DNA of 64,000 nt, taken from positions 1,728,001 through 1,792,000 of the forward strand of contig OZ253375.1 of the NCBI GenBank assembly GCA_965261005.1, read 5' to 3'. Positions 23,223 through 33,921 of this stretch are shown piece after piece (the first letter of the stretch is position 1; the number at the start of each line of letters is the position of its first letter). The notes below the pieces were generated by a model. It did not search any database and was not told the origin of the DNA. It was given only the letters and a program-made list of their open reading frames with translations. This DNA is from Deinococcus sp. GTDB lineage: Bacteria; Deinococcota; Deinococci; Deinococcales; Deinococcaceae. A program made the translations under genes and the position numbers.

Positions 23223-24884
23223 ATGGTAGGCATGACGAATGGTGAACTCACGGGGACGGGCCGGATGAAGGGGGCACGCCGCACGGTCGCTTTGGGCGCG
23301 TTGCTGCTTTCGGCCGCCCTGGCCCAAACCGCCCCGGCCCCTGTTAATCCTGCCCCGATCAACCCAGCGCCAATCAACCCGGCGCCAGTTTCTCCGGTCC
23401 CAGTCGCCCCGGTGCCGGTCGCGCCGGTTCCAGTTGTTCCGGCGCCGACGGCACCAGCTCCCACGGCGCCGGCACCGACGACCCCAGCGCCGAGCAATCC
23501 GGCGCCAAGCAGCCTAACACCAACCGCCCCCATAGAGAGCACGCCGGACCAAGCGGCGCTGCCCGCGCTGACGCTGGAGACCGCCCTCGCGCGCTTGCCG
23601 CAGACGTCCTCTTGGCAACAGGCGGACGTGGTGTACGCCGCCGCCCAGCAACAGGTGGCGGCGGCGCAGGCGGCGCTGGGCCTCACCTTTGGGGTGGGCG
23701 GCAACTACAATTACAGCGACAGCTTCGGGGGCGCGGGGCTGAACGGGGCCGGCGCGGTGGGCGGCCGGACGACCGCCGCCGTGAGCGCGACGGTGGGCCT
23801 CAGCGTGCTGCCGTGGTCCCCCGTCTACGACAACCTGCGCGCGGCGCGGCGCAGCTTGGAGCTGGCCGGGGCCACCCGCGCCGCCACCCGGGCCACGCTG
23901 GTCCTCAACGTCTACAGCCAATACGACGCGGCGCGCCTCGCGCAGCTCGACTTGGTGACGGCGGGAGGCCAGCGCGACCTCGCGGCGGCCCAGCTGCAAA
24001 TCGTGCGGGCACAGCGCGCCCAAAACAACGCGACCGCCGAGGCGGTGCTGACCGCGCAGGCAAGCTTGCAAAGCGCCGAGGCGACCCTCGCGCAGACGCG
24101 GGGCACCTTGGACGCCAATCGGCGCACGCTGTTCTCGGCCCTCGGCCTGCCGCTGCGGGAAGTCAACTTTTCGAGCGCCCCGCCGGAAAGCCTCACCTTG
24201 CCGGCGCTCGACCCCTTGCTGACGGCGGCCCAGGCCAGCCGCAGCGAGGTCGCGGCGGCCAGCTACGACGTGCAGGCGGCGCAAGACCAGCTCGACATCG
24301 CCCTGCGCAACCGCAATTTGCCGGCGGCCAACCTGGCCGTGCAGTACGGCCAACTGGGCGGCGCGGGCACCCAGGCCGGCACCAGCGTCTCGGGCAACCT
24401 CAACATCCAGACCGGCGTGGCCAGCGCGACCTTTTCGCAGCCCCTGACCGGCAACGCCGGCAACCTGCCCACCTCGGTCGCGCTGAGCGTGTCGGCCACC
24501 TTCAACATTCTCGATCCCGTGGCGCAGGCGCAGATTCAGAACGCCCGCACCCAGGTGGAGCGCTACCAACTCTCCCTCACGCTCGCGCGGCAAAACGTGG
24601 AACTCGACGTGCGCCAAAAGTATTTGGCCGCCGCCAACGCCCAGGCCACCCTCGGCGCCGCGCGCACCGGGGTGACCCGCGCGCAAACGGCGCTGGCGAC
24701 CGCGCAGGCGGCGCTCACGGCCGGCACCGCCACCGAGGTCACGGTGCAGTCGGCCCAACTCGACCTCGCCACGGCGCGGCGCACCATCGAATCGAGCTTG
24801 GAAAACGCCCAACTCACCTTGCTGACCCTGCGCGCCGCCGCCGGCCAGCCCCTGATCACCACCACTTCCGGAGGCACCCCATGA
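23223..24884 (+). CDS. TolC-family outer-membrane efflux protein with Pro-rich N-terminal linker
   Basis: Signal-like segment, PAP/PVAP repeats, LTLETALARL, long Ala/Gln helices, VELDVRQKY. AAAGGAG SD before ATG 23223. Confidence 0.8.
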   Translation: MVGMTNGELTGTGRMKGARRTVALGALLLSAALAQTAPAPVNPAPINPAPINPAPVSPVPVAPVPVAPVPVVPAPTAPAPTAPAPTTPAPSNPAPSSLTPTAPIESTPDQAALPALTLETALARLPQTSSWQQADVVYAAAQQQVAAAQAALGLTFGVGGNYNYSDSFGGAGLNGAGAVGGRTTAAVSATVGLSVLPWSPVYDNLRAARRSLELAGATRAATRATLVLNVYSQYDAARLAQLDLVTAGGQRDLAAAQLQIVRAQRAQNNATAEAVLTAQASLQSAEATLAQTRGTLDANRRTLFSALGLPLREVNFSSAPPESLTLPALDPLLTAAQASRSEVAAASYDVQAAQDQLDIALRNRNLPAANLAVQYGQLGGAGTQAGTSVSGNLNIQTGVASATFSQPLTGNAGNLPTSVALSVSATFNILDPVAQAQIQNARTQVERYQLSLTLARQNVELDVRQKYLAAANAQATLGAARTGVTRAQTALATAQAALTAGTATEVTVQSAQLDLATARRTIESSLENAQLTLLTLRAAAGQPLITTTSGGTP

Positions 24885-25978
24885 GACCGACCGCCCTTCG
24901 TTTCAGCGTCCTTTCGTGCACTCTCGCGCTGGGACTTGTTCAAGCTCAAACTGCTCAGGCCCAAGCTACTCAGACTCAAACCTCTCAGGCTCAGGGCGCG
25001 CAGACCGTTACGCTGCCCGCCGCCGCCAGTCGCGCCCTCACGTCCGGCCCGGACCTCAAGACGGCCCAGACCAACCTTCAGCAAGCCCAAAGCGACCTCG
25101 CCGCCAAGCAGGGCGACCCCGGCACCCTGGTCGCGCCGCTCACACAGGCAAAGAACACCTTGCAGCTCGCGCAATTGCAGCTCGACAACACCCGCCTGAG
25201 CGTGGTGCAGAACGTGGTTTCGGCCCACACCGCGCTGCTGGCGGCGCAGCAGAACGTCGAGGTGCAGACGCTGCAAAGCGACTTCGACGCGCGCAGCCTC
25301 AAGGTGGCGCAAGTCAAGCTGGCCGCCAACAACGCCACCGCCTTGGACGTTCAGAACGCCCAGAACACCCTCGCGGGCAGCCAGCAGGCCCTGGCGGACG
25401 CGCGGGCGCAGTTGCCGATTCTGTCGCAGCGGCTGGCCAAGCTGCTGGGCGCGAGCGGCGCGACCTTGCGCGCGAACGGTCTGCCGGACGTGCCCCCCCT
25501 GAAGGTGAGCTTGGCCAATTTGTCGCAGAATTTGGAGACCCGCTCGCCGGCGGTGCTGAGGGCGAGTCAGGCGGTGGCCCTCGACCAGCTGAACGTGAAG
25601 TTGGCCAACAACGATTACACGCCGCGTCAGACCCTGCTGGACGCCCAAACGGGCCTGGCCAATGACCAGCGCACCCTGGACGGCGCGAGGCGCGACGCCA
25701 ACACCAACCTGACCGACGCCTACCGCAGCGCCCAGAACGCTTACCAGCAGCTGAAAATTGCCCTGACCGCCGAGACCAACCAGCAAACGACCTACCAGCA
25801 AAATCAGGCCCGCCTGAAGAGCGGCACCATTTCGGCCGTGGACTTGCAGAACAGCCAGGTGGCCCTCAAAAAGGCGCAGTTCGCGCGCCTACAAGCGCAA
25901 AACGCCGTGTGGAGCGCCCTTTCGGCCCTCTCGGTGGCCGCCGGCACCAACCTGACCGGCCTGACGGACGGCACGTGA
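24881..25978 (+). CDS. Second, shorter TolC-like protein
   Basis: ATGA overlap, signal peptide MRPTALRFSVLSCTLALG, two OEP-like repeats (ARLKSGTISAVDL). Confidence 0.8.
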   Translation: MRPTALRFSVLSCTLALGLVQAQTAQAQATQTQTSQAQGAQTVTLPAAASRALTSGPDLKTAQTNLQQAQSDLAAKQGDPGTLVAPLTQAKNTLQLAQLQLDNTRLSVVQNVVSAHTALLAAQQNVEVQTLQSDFDARSLKVAQVKLAANNATALDVQNAQNTLAGSQQALADARAQLPILSQRLAKLLGASGATLRANGLPDVPPLKVSLANLSQNLETRSPAVLRASQAVALDQLNVKLANNDYTPRQTLLDAQTGLANDQRTLDGARRDANTNLTDAYRSAQNAYQQLKIALTAETNQQTTYQQNQARLKSGTISAVDLQNSQVALKKAQFARLQAQNAVWSALSALSVAAGTNLTGLTDGT

Positions 25979-27252
25979 ACGGGCGCCCCCCCCGCTTCAC
26001 GCTGCTGCTGACCGTGTGTGCGGCCTTGCTGGGCGCTTGCCGCGCGCCGAGCGGCGCGGGGGCGGCGGGGCAGGACAGCCTGGACACCCCGCCCAGCAAG
26101 ACGGCCAAGACCGCCGTGAGCACGGTGGCGGCCACCACCGGCGACCTCAGCGTGGTCCGCACGGTCAGCGCCACCGTCACGGCGGGGCGCGACAGCAACG
26201 TGGCCGCGCAGACGGGGGGCCAAGTGGCCAAGTTGGCCTACGCCGAGGGCGACGCGGTGCCTTCGGGCGCGACCGTGGTTCAGCTGGTGGACAGCGACCT
26301 GCGAAACAGCGTCGAGAGCGCGCGCATCGCCCTTCAGAACGCGCGCATCACCTTGCGGCAAAGCCAAAACGCCACCGGGGAGTCGCGCGCCCAACTCCAG
26401 AGCGCCGTGCGCGCCGCGCAGAGCAACCTCGACAAGGCGCGGGCGCAGGACGCGGCCAACCAAAAGCTGCTGGCCCTCGGCGGCGTGTCGCGCACCGACC
26501 TTCAGGCCAGCGCCGCGCAGCTGGCCCAAGCGCGCGCCGATTTCGCCAGCGCCCAGAACAACCTGGCCCTGAGCGGCAAGACCGGCTCGGGCAGCTTGGC
26601 GCTGTTGGAGAACCAGGTGGAGAGCGCCCAGAACAACCTGCGCCAAGCCCAGGGCAACCTCGCCAAGGCGGCCGTCAAGGCGCCCTTCGCGGGCGTGGTC
26701 GCCGCCTTACCCGTCAGCCAAGGCGAGTTCGTCAACGCCGGCACCACCGTCTTCCGCTTGGTGGACCCAGAGAGCCTCAAGGCCGACTTCAAGGTCTCCC
26801 CCGAGGCGGCGCAACAGCTGAGGCCGGGCAGCGCGGTCACGCTCAGCTACGGCGGGGCGTCGTACCCGGCGCGGCTGACGACCAATGACAACCGCGTGGC
26901 GGGCAGCGACCGTCAGGTGAATTTGAGCGCGCGCTTGGCGGGCGCCAAGCTGCCGGTGGGGGCGGTGGCCCAGCTGAGCTACCGCGCCAACCTCGCCGGC
27001 GGCGTGCTGCTGCCGGTGGGGGCGCTGCAAACCGACGGCGACCGGACCTTCGCCTACACCGTCGAGGACGGCAAGGTGGCCAGAACGGCGGTCGAGGTGC
27101 TGGCCGAGTCGCGCGGCACGGTGGCCGTGCGTGGCCTCACGGGCGGCGCACGGGTGGTCAGCCCGGTGCCGCCTACCCTGCGCGACGGCGAGGCGGTGGC
27201 CGCGACGGGGGCCACCGAGGAAACAGGGGCCACCGGGGGAGCGGGACAATGA
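25975..27252 (+). CDS. RND periplasmic adaptor subunit (MFP), lipoprotein
   Basis: GTGA overlap, LLGAC lipobox, biotinyl-like halves, VKAPFAGVV...GEFV. Confidence 0.92.
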   Translation: MNGRPPRFTLLLTVCAALLGACRAPSGAGAAGQDSLDTPPSKTAKTAVSTVAATTGDLSVVRTVSATVTAGRDSNVAAQTGGQVAKLAYAEGDAVPSGATVVQLVDSDLRNSVESARIALQNARITLRQSQNATGESRAQLQSAVRAAQSNLDKARAQDAANQKLLALGGVSRTDLQASAAQLAQARADFASAQNNLALSGKTGSGSLALLENQVESAQNNLRQAQGNLAKAAVKAPFAGVVAALPVSQGEFVNAGTTVFRLVDPESLKADFKVSPEAAQQLRPGSAVTLSYGGASYPARLTTNDNRVAGSDRQVNLSARLAGAKLPVGAVAQLSYRANLAGGVLLPVGALQTDGDRTFAYTVEDGKVARTAVEVLAESRGTVAVRGLTGGARVVSPVPPTLRDGEAVAATGATEETGATGGAGQ

Positions 27253-30200
27253 CCACGCCACAGCGTTCACCACAAGAAACGTCTGAACTGCCCACAATCA
27301 ACCCGGCCATTCGCTTTTCGGTGTCGCGCTACGTGTTCTCCATCGGCGCCTTTGTGGCGGTGGCGCTGTTCGGCCTGATCTCGCTGTTGGGGCTGGGCGT
27401 GGACTTGCTGCCCAACTTCGAGATTCCCACCGTGGCCGTGACCACCACCTACAGCGGGGCCAGCCCCGACGAACTCGACCGCGACGTGTCGCGCAAAATC
27501 GAGGACGCCGTCTCGACCCTGACCGGCGTCAGCGACATCAACTCGACCAGTTCCAGCGGCCTGAGCCAGGTGACGGTCTCCTTTCGGAGCGGCACCAACG
27601 TGGACAGCGCCGCCAACGCGGTCAGCCAGGCCACCGCCGCGATTCGCGCGGCCCTGCCCTCGGGCGCCGACGCCCCGGTGGTGCGCAAGTTCGACCCCAA
27701 CGCGCAGCCGATTTTGGACGTGGCGCTGCTGGGCGGCGCGGCCCAGCTGAGCGCGGTGCGCAGCTACGCCGACGACACCCTCAAGGCCCGCTTGGAGCGG
27801 GTGGACGGCGTGGCCGACGTGAGCGTCAGCGGCGGCCCCGAGCGCCAGATTCAGGTGCGGCTGGACCCCAGCGCCCTGAGCGCCTACGGGCTGTCGCCCG
27901 CGCGCGTCACGGTGGCCATCTCGGCCTCGGCGCTCGACTTGCCGGCCGGCGCGCTGACCCAGGGCCAGAGCGACGTCAACTTCACCACCCGCAACACCCC
28001 CCGCTCGCTTGGCGACGTCGAGAACATCGTCGTGGACAGCGCGCGCAACTTGCGGGTGCGCGACGTGGCCACCGTGCGCGACGCCGGCGCCGCCGCGACC
28101 AGCTACGCCCGCGTCAACGGTCAGGACGCGGTGCTGCTCTCCATTCGCAAGGCGTCCGGCACCAACTCGGTGGCGGTCTCGGACAACGTGCGCGCCGCCC
28201 TGAAGGGCCTGCCATTGCCGGGGGGCTACCGGTTGGCCGTGGCGAGCGACACCACCCGGACCACCCGCGCCACCGTCAACGACACCTACAAGGAACTGCT
28301 GATCAGCGCCGCCGCCGTGGGCGTGGTCGTGCTGCTGTTTTTGGGACGGCTCAACACCGTCTTCGCGGTGGTGCTGGCCATTCCCATCTCGATCAGCGCG
28401 GCGCCGCTGTTGTACGGCCTTTTAGGCTTCACGCTCAACATCGTCTCGCTGCTGGCCATTATCGTGGCGATGGGCATCGTGGTGGACGACTCCATCGTGG
28501 TGGCCGAGAACGTGCAGCGCTACCGCGACCAGGGCTACGGCCTGAAGGACTCGGTGCTGCTGGGCGGTAGCGAGGTCTTCAGCGCCGTGACGGCCGCCTC
28601 GTTCTCGCTGCTGGCGGTCCTGCTGCCGCTGAGCTTTATTCCCGGCATCATCGGGCAGTTTTTCCAGCAGTTCGGCCTCGGCCTGGCCGCCGCCATCGCC
28701 CTGAGCTGGCTGGAGGCGCTGCTGTTTCTGACCGTGCGCATGGCCTACACCCCGGACGCCCGGCCGCTGGATTGGCGCGGCTTCGCCCGGGTGCTGGGCC
28801 GGGGCGGCGAGAGCTTGGCGTGGGGCCTCGCCCTCTACCGCCGCTGGCCCGGCTGGCTGACCATGCTGCTGGTGGGGATGGGCACGTTCTTGGCCCTCAG
28901 GGGCGCCTTGCCGGCCATCAGCACCCGCGCCGGCGTCTCTGTGCTGGCCGCCGTGCTGGCTCCCCTGATCGTGGCCTTCGCGCGCTATCTGTTCGCGGCG
29001 CTGTTCGGCTTGCTGGAAGCGCTGACCACCACCCTGAGCGGCCTCACCGACCGGGCCGTGGTGGCGGTTCAGAACGGCTACGCCCGCCTGCTGGCCCGCG
29101 CCCTGCCGTACAGCCCCCTCGTGCTGCTGCTGGCACTAGGCTTCCTGTTCAGCGTCCTGTTGCCGCTCCAGCGGGTGGGCTTTTCCTTCACGCCCAAGTC
29201 GGACGACGGCGCCCTGAGCGTGGACCTCAGCTTGCCCCCCGGCACCGCCCTGGGCGCCACCGACGCCGCCGCGTCGCGGCTGGAGCGCGCCCTGTTGGCG
29301 CGGCCCGAGGTCAAGCTGGTCTCGACCACGGTGGGCAGCGGCGGCCCCTTCGGCGGGGCCAGCAAGTCGCAGAACGCCTCGCTGGCCGTGACCCTGATTC
29401 CCAAGGGGGAGCGCCCCGGGGTAGACGCGCTGGTCGAGCGTGAACGAAGCGAACTCGGCAAACTGATCGCGAACGTGCCCGGCGCCAGCTTGACCGTCAG
29501 CGCCGACGGGGCCGGTCCGGGGGGATCGTCGGACCTGAGTCTGGCCCTGACCGCGCCCAACCAAAGCGTGCTGGAAAGCCGCAACCGCGAGGTGTTGCAG
29601 GCCCTCTCCCAAGACCCCAACATCGCCAGCGTGGACTCCAGCTTGTCGCAGACGCAGCTGGAGCGCGTCTTCGTGCCCGATCCCGCGAGGCTCGCCGGCA
29701 GCGGCCTGAGCGCCCAAGACCTCGCGCAGGCGCTGCGCACCTACAACGAGGGCACCCAAGCGGCCAACTTGCGCGCCGGCGACGACAGCGTGCCCATCGT
29801 GGTCAAGCTCGACCCGGCTTACATCACCGACGACCAGTCCCTGCTGGCGCAAACGGTCGCCTCGCCGCAGCTGGGCAACGTGCCGCTGTCGCAGTTCGGC
29901 AGCTTTCAGCTGCGGCAAGCGCCGGCCAGCCTCAGCCGCTTCAACAAGGCCTACACCTCCACCTTCGAGATCAACCTGGTCAAGGGTGGCCCGAACCCCT
30001 TCGGCTACCAGCGGACCTTGGTGGACCGCCTGACCAAGCAGGGCCTGCTCGGGGACGGCGTGACGCTGGGCAACAGCAGCGCCTTTGGCGCGGCCGGCTT
30101 GACCGGAAACTTGGTGCTGTACGGCCCCATCGTGGTGGTGCTGGCGGTGCTGCTCAACTACCTGGTGCTCGGCAGCCAGTTCAACTCGTTTCGCTATCCC

Positions 30201-30665
30201 ATTTATCTCTTGCTGCCGGTGCCGCTGGCCATCGTGGGCGCCTTGTGGACGCTGGGCCTCTTCGGGGTGAACCTCGACGTGATCACCATGCTGGGCATGG
30301 TCATCCTGATCGGCCTGTCCACCAAGAACGCCATTTTGTACCTGGAGTTCGTGACCGACCGCCTCGCGCGCGGCGTGCCCATCTTCGAGGCGCTGGTCGA
30401 GTCGGCGCGGCTGCGCTTCCGGCCCATCCTGATGACCACGCTGACGGTCCTGGTCATCAGCTTGCCGCTGATCCTGGGCACGGGCGAGGGGGCCGAGTTC
30501 CGGCGCGGCCTGGGCATCGTGCTGATGGGCGGCGTCCTGACCTCCACCATCCTGACCTTTTTCGTGGTGCCGTGCGTGTTCTACCTATTCGAGCGGCGGC
30601 GTTTTTCACGGCCGAAGGAGCCGGAGTTGCCGGGCGCGGGCCAGCCCGCCCTCGGGGCGGACTGA
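27249..30665 (+). CDS. RND efflux permease (AcrB/HAE1-like)
   Basis: [18 protein letters not shown] and RFRPILMT proton-relay motifs. 1138 aa. Confidence 0.95.
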   Translation: MTTPQRSPQETSELPTINPAIRFSVSRYVFSIGAFVAVALFGLISLLGLGVDLLPNFEIPTVAVTTTYSGASPDELDRDVSRKIEDAVSTLTGVSDINSTSSSGLSQVTVSFRSGTNVDSAANAVSQATAAIRAALPSGADAPVVRKFDPNAQPILDVALLGGAAQLSAVRSYADDTLKARLERVDGVADVSVSGGPERQIQVRLDPSALSAYGLSPARVTVAISASALDLPAGALTQGQSDVNFTTRNTPRSLGDVENIVVDSARNLRVRDVATVRDAGAAATSYARVNGQDAVLLSIRKASGTNSVAVSDNVRAALKGLPLPGGYRLAVASDTTRTTRATVNDTYKELLISAAAVGVVVLLFLGRLNTVFAVVLAIPISISAAPLLYGLLGFTLNIVSLLAIIVAMGIVVDDSIVVAENVQRYRDQGYGLKDSVLLGGSEVFSAVTAASFSLLAVLLPLSFIPGIIGQFFQQFGLGLAAAIALSWLEALLFLTVRMAYTPDARPLDWRGFARVLGRGGESLAWGLALYRRWPGWLTMLLVGMGTFLALRGALPAISTRAGVSVLAAVLAPLIVAFARYLFAALFGLLEALTTTLSGLTDRAVVAVQNGYARLLARALPYSPLVLLLALGFLFSVLLPLQRVGFSFTPKSDDGALSVDLSLPPGTALGATDAAASRLERALLARPEVKLVSTTVGSGGPFGGASKSQNASLAVTLIPKGERPGVDALVERERSELGKLIANVPGASLTVSADGAGPGGSSDLSLALTAPNQSVLESRNREVLQALSQDPNIASVDSSLSQTQLERVFVPDPARLAGSGLSAQDLAQALRTYNEGTQAANLRAGDDSVPIVVKLDPAYITDDQSLLAQTVASPQLGNVPLSQFGSFQLRQAPASLSRFNKAYTSTFEINLVKGGPNPFGYQRTLVDRLTKQGLLGDGVTLGNSSAFGAAGLTGNLVLYGPIVVVLAVLLNYLVLGSQFNSFRYPIYLLLPVPLAIVGALWTLGLFGVNLDVITMLGMVILIGLSTKNAILYLEFVTDRLARGVPIFEALVESARLRFRPILMTTLTVLVISLPLILGTGEGAEFRRGLGIVLMGGVLTSTILTFFVVPCVFYLFERRRFSRPKEPELPGAGQPALGAD

Positions 30666-30848
30666 TACGGATTCCGCTTCCTTCCGCAACATCGGGGAAA
30701 ACGCCAAGGCTCGGCTTGCCGACCGCCGCAAGGCTCGGCAAGACGGCCGCCACGATGTTGCTCCAAACCGCAAAACCCGTATCTTTTCCTAGCCGCTCCG
30801 CTGGAAAGTCAGTCAACTTCGTTGACTGACTTTCCGAAATTCGTATCA
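30663..30848. repeat. Deinococcus SRE/SNR-like small non-coding repeat (MITE-like)
   Basis: Terminal inverted repeats TGATACGGATTCCG / CGAAATTCGTATCA. Internal stems GCAACATCG/CGATGTTGC and GGAAAGTCAGTCAAC-TTC-GTTGACTGACTTTCC. Confidence 0.75.
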
Positions 30849-31856
30849 CAGAATGCGGCGGCCGAACTCCGAGGCGGCGAGGCTGCCCAGCAGCGCGAGG
30901 CCCGCCAGGGCCGCGACCAGGCCGGACACCTCGCGCGGGCGCACCGTCCAGCCCAGCGAGCGCCCCAAGGTGCGGTAAACGCTGCCGAGTTCCCCGGCTG
31001 TTCTGGCCTCGTAGTAGCGGCCCCCGGTCGTCTGGGCGACGCCCTCCAGGGTCTCGGCGTCAAAGCCGGACGGAAAGCGAAACGAGCTGCCGGGGCCGAA
31101 CGACATGGTGCCGACGCCGTCCTGGGTGCCGAGGCCGACCGTGAAGACCTTGACCGCGAGCTGTTTGGCTTGTGCGGCGGCCTCCAGGGGATCGGTGCCG
31201 CGGTTGTTGCGGCCGTCCGACAGCAGCACGATGGCCGCCGGCGGCAAGTTCTGCGCACTCGGATTCGCTTGGCCCTGGCCCGCCTGCTCCTGCGCCACCC
31301 CCTCACGCCCTGGCAAGGCGCCCAGCGCCGTGAGCAGCCCCTCGCCGATGGCGGTGCCGCGCTCCAGGGTGAGCTGGTCTATGGCGGCGTAGATGTCGGC
31401 GTGCTCGGCGGTGGGGGGCGTGTTGAGCACCGCGTAGCCGCCAAACGAGACCAGGCCCACCTTGGCCCCCTCCGGCAGCGAGCGCACAAAGGTGCGCGCG
31501 GCCTCCTGCGCGGCGGCGAAACGGCTGGGCGCGATGTCCTCGGCGCTCATGGAGCGCGACACGTCGATGGCGAGCATGATGGCGGTGCGGTTGTCGGGAA
31601 AGGGCAGCGGCGCGGTCGGCCGCGCCAGGGCCAGCAGCGCGAGCGCGAGCGCCACCAGGTACAGCAGCGCCGGCAGGTGACGCCGCAGCGGGCGCGTCGC
31701 GGCGCCGGCCCTCACGAGCAGCCGCACGTCCGGGTGCAGGGCGGCGGCCTCGGCGGGCCGGTTCAGGCCGCGCAAGTACAGCCACGCCAGCGGCGGCAAC
31801 AGCAAGAGGGCCAGCAAGACCCACGGCCACAAGAAACCCACACCGCCCAAGCTCAC
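30846..31856 (-). CDS. vWA domain membrane protein (BatA-like)
   Basis: N-terminal FLWPWVLLALL...ALARP, MIDAS DVSRSM, TAIGEGL, LLSDG. Confidence 0.92.
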   Translation of the reverse strand: MSLGGVGFLWPWVLLALLLLPPLAWLYLRGLNRPAEAAALHPDVRLLVRAGAATRPLRRHLPALLYLVALALALLALARPTAPLPFPDNRTAIMLAIDVSRSMSAEDIAPSRFAAAQEAARTFVRSLPEGAKVGLVSFGGYAVLNTPPTAEHADIYAAIDQLTLERGTAIGEGLLTALGALPGREGVAQEQAGQGQANPSAQNLPPAAIVLLSDGRNNRGTDPLEAAAQAKQLAVKVFTVGLGTQDGVGTMSFGPGSSFRFPSGFDAETLEGVAQTTGGRYYEARTAGELGSVYRTLGRSLGWTVRPREVSGLVAALAGLALLGSLAASEFGRRIL

Positions 31857-32878
31857 GGCACCCGCCTTTGCCAGCGCAGCGCGAGGGCGCCGCCCAGCAG
31901 CAGCAGCGCGGCGGCCAGCCCGGACAGCGGCCCGCCGAGGTCGAGCTGGACGCTTTCCCAGCGCACCACGCGCCCGAGTTCGCGAAACAGCTCGTCGAGA
32001 GACTGCTCGTTTGGCGGCGCCAGCAGCCGCCCGCCGGTGAGCTGGGTCAAGCTCTGCATGGTGCGGGTGTCGAAGGGGGCGAATACCAATTGCCCCTCGA
32101 CCCGGCTGACCGACCCGCCCTCTTTGCCCAGCGCGACCGCGTACAGCTTGACGCGCTGATCTTGGGCGAAGCGCGCGGCAATTCTGGGGTCGGCGCCCCG
32201 GTTGGAAATGCCGTCCGAGAGCATCAGAATCGCGCCGGGCGCCAAGGTATCCGGGTTGGTCGCGGCGGGCGGGGCCGCGTTCGGCGCGCCGCCCCCCGGG
32301 GCAGGCGTTCCGCCCAGCTCGGGGGGCGGAACTGCGCCCGCACGTCCCGGCAGCGCCCGCACGCCCCCGACCAGCGCGCCCGCGAACGAGGTGGCGTCGG
32401 CGGGCTTGATGCGCGCCAGCGCGTCCAGCACCCGCGCCCGGTCGGTGGTAGGCGCGACCAGCAGCGAGGCGCCGTCCGAAAAGGTGAGCAGGCCGATGTG
32501 GGTGGAGGCGGGCGCGAGGCGCACAAAGGAGCGCGCGACCTCGCGGGCGGCCTCCAGGCGCGAAGGCTTCACATCGTCGGCCAGCATCGAGCGCGAGGCG
32601 TCCAGCGCGATCATCACGGCCGCCTTGTTAACCGGCAAAGGTGGGCGCGCCACCGGCCCCGCCGCCGCGAACAGCAGCAGGCTCAGGGCGGCCAGTTGCA
32701 GCCCCAGCGGCCAACGGGCGCGCCGGACGTTGCCGCCGCGCAGCACCGCGCCGAGCAGGTGGGCGTCGGCATACGCGCGCGCCCGCGCCGCACGCCGCGC
32801 GCCGGCCGCGCGCAAGGCCCAAACGGCCAGCGGCACCAGCAGCAGCAGCCACAGCAAGGCCGGGTAGGCAAAGGTCAC
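31853..32878 (-). CDS. vWA domain membrane protein (BatB-like)
   Basis: VTFAYPALLWLLLLVP, DASRSM MIDAS, MLSDG. GTG start overlaps the DUF58 stop. Confidence 0.9.
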   Translation of the reverse strand: MTFAYPALLWLLLLVPLAVWALRAAGARRAARARAYADAHLLGAVLRGGNVRRARWPLGLQLAALSLLLFAAAGPVARPPLPVNKAAVMIALDASRSMLADDVKPSRLEAAREVARSFVRLAPASTHIGLLTFSDGASLLVAPTTDRARVLDALARIKPADATSFAGALVGGVRALPGRAGAVPPPELGGTPAPGGGAPNAAPPAATNPDTLAPGAILMLSDGISNRGADPRIAARFAQDQRVKLYAVALGKEGGSVSRVEGQLVFAPFDTRTMQSLTQLTGGRLLAPPNEQSLDELFRELGRVVRWESVQLDLGGPLSGLAAALLLLGGALALRWQRRVP

Positions 32879-33921
32879 GTTCGCCGCCCCCGCCGCATGG
32901 CCGCGAAACGCAGCAGCGGCCTCACGACGTCCTGCCCGGTGTCGAGTTCGAGCAAGTCCACCTGCGCCGCCCTGAGCGCCTGCTTGAGTGCCCCGTCGCG
33001 CTCCGCGACCAGGCGCGCGTGGGCCGCGCGCACCCGCGGATCCGAGGTGTCGAGCCACAGCTCGGCCCCCCCCTCGGGGTCGCGCAGCCGCACGCCGCCC
33101 ACGTCCGGCAGCGCCCGCTCGGCCGGGTCGGACACCCGCACCGCCACCACGTCGTGCCGCCGCGCGAGGCGCCCCATGGCGCCGGCCCAGCCCTGAGCGC
33201 TTTTCTGTGCTGGCCCCACCTCCAAAAAGTCCGACACCACGAACACCAAGGAGCGCCGCCGCAGGGTGCGCTCCACGTTGGTGAGGGCCGCTTCGAGGTC
33301 GGGCGCTCCGTTTGTTCCGGTTGGGGCCGCTGCGGTTGGGACGCTGGCGGTGGGATGGCCGCTCGAATGAACCGACAGCAACCCCAGCGCTGCCAGCGCC
33401 GCCGCCCGCCCGCCGCGCGGCGGCGTCACGCCCCCCGGGCCGGCGCCAAAGGTCATGGCGCCGACCTTGTCGCCGTGGCGGCTGATCACCAAGGCGGCGA
33501 CGCCGGCGAACTCGCGGGCGAGGTCGCGCTTGAGGACCCGCTTGGTGCCGAAGTTCATCGAGCTGGACACGTCTATGAGCAGCCAAGCGGTCAGCTCGCG
33601 CTCCTCGCGGTATTGGCGCACGTGCAGCTCACCCGTGCGGGCGGTGACGTTCCAATCGATGCGGCGCACCTCGTCGCCCGGTTGGTAGGCGCGCACCTCG
33701 GCCAGGTCGAGGCTCGGGCCGAAGAAGAGGCCCCGGTAGTCGCCGAACAAAAAGCCGTCCAGCCGCCGCACCACCTTGAATTCGAGGCGGCGCAGCAGGT
33801 GGGCCGGCAACTCCGGCGGCCGGATGGGGGGAATGGGGGCTTGGACGGGTAGGGGGCGGGCGGGGGGCGCCGCCCTGCGGCGACCGAACACCCCCCCTAC
33901 CCGGCGGCTCAGCCCGTTCAC
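32875..33921 (-). CDS. DUF58 domain protein
   Basis: EVRAYQPGDEVRRIDWNVTAR, QYREERE, VVSDFL. Confidence 0.93.
   Translation of the reverse strand: MNGLSRRVGGVFGRRRAAPPARPLPVQAPIPPIRPPELPAHLLRRLEFKVVRRLDGFLFGDYRGLFFGPSLDLAEVRAYQPGDEVRRIDWNVTARTGELHVRQYREERELTAWLLIDVSSSMNFGTKRVLKRDLAREFAGVAALVISRHGDKVGAMTFGAGPGGVTPPRGGRAAALAALGLLSVHSSGHPTASVPTAAAPTGTNGAPDLEAALTNVERTLRRRSLVFVVSDFLEVGPAQKSAQGWAGAMGRLARRHDVVAVRVSDPAERALPDVGGVRLRDPEGGAELWLDTSDPRVRAAHARLVAERDGALKQALRAAQVDLLELDTGQDVVRPLLRFAAMRRGRRT

Noticed and set aside
23330..23530. Short periodic repeats as a CRISPR array or VNTR
   Set aside because: They are in-frame Pro-rich coding repeats with synonymous variation, no spacers and no cas genes.
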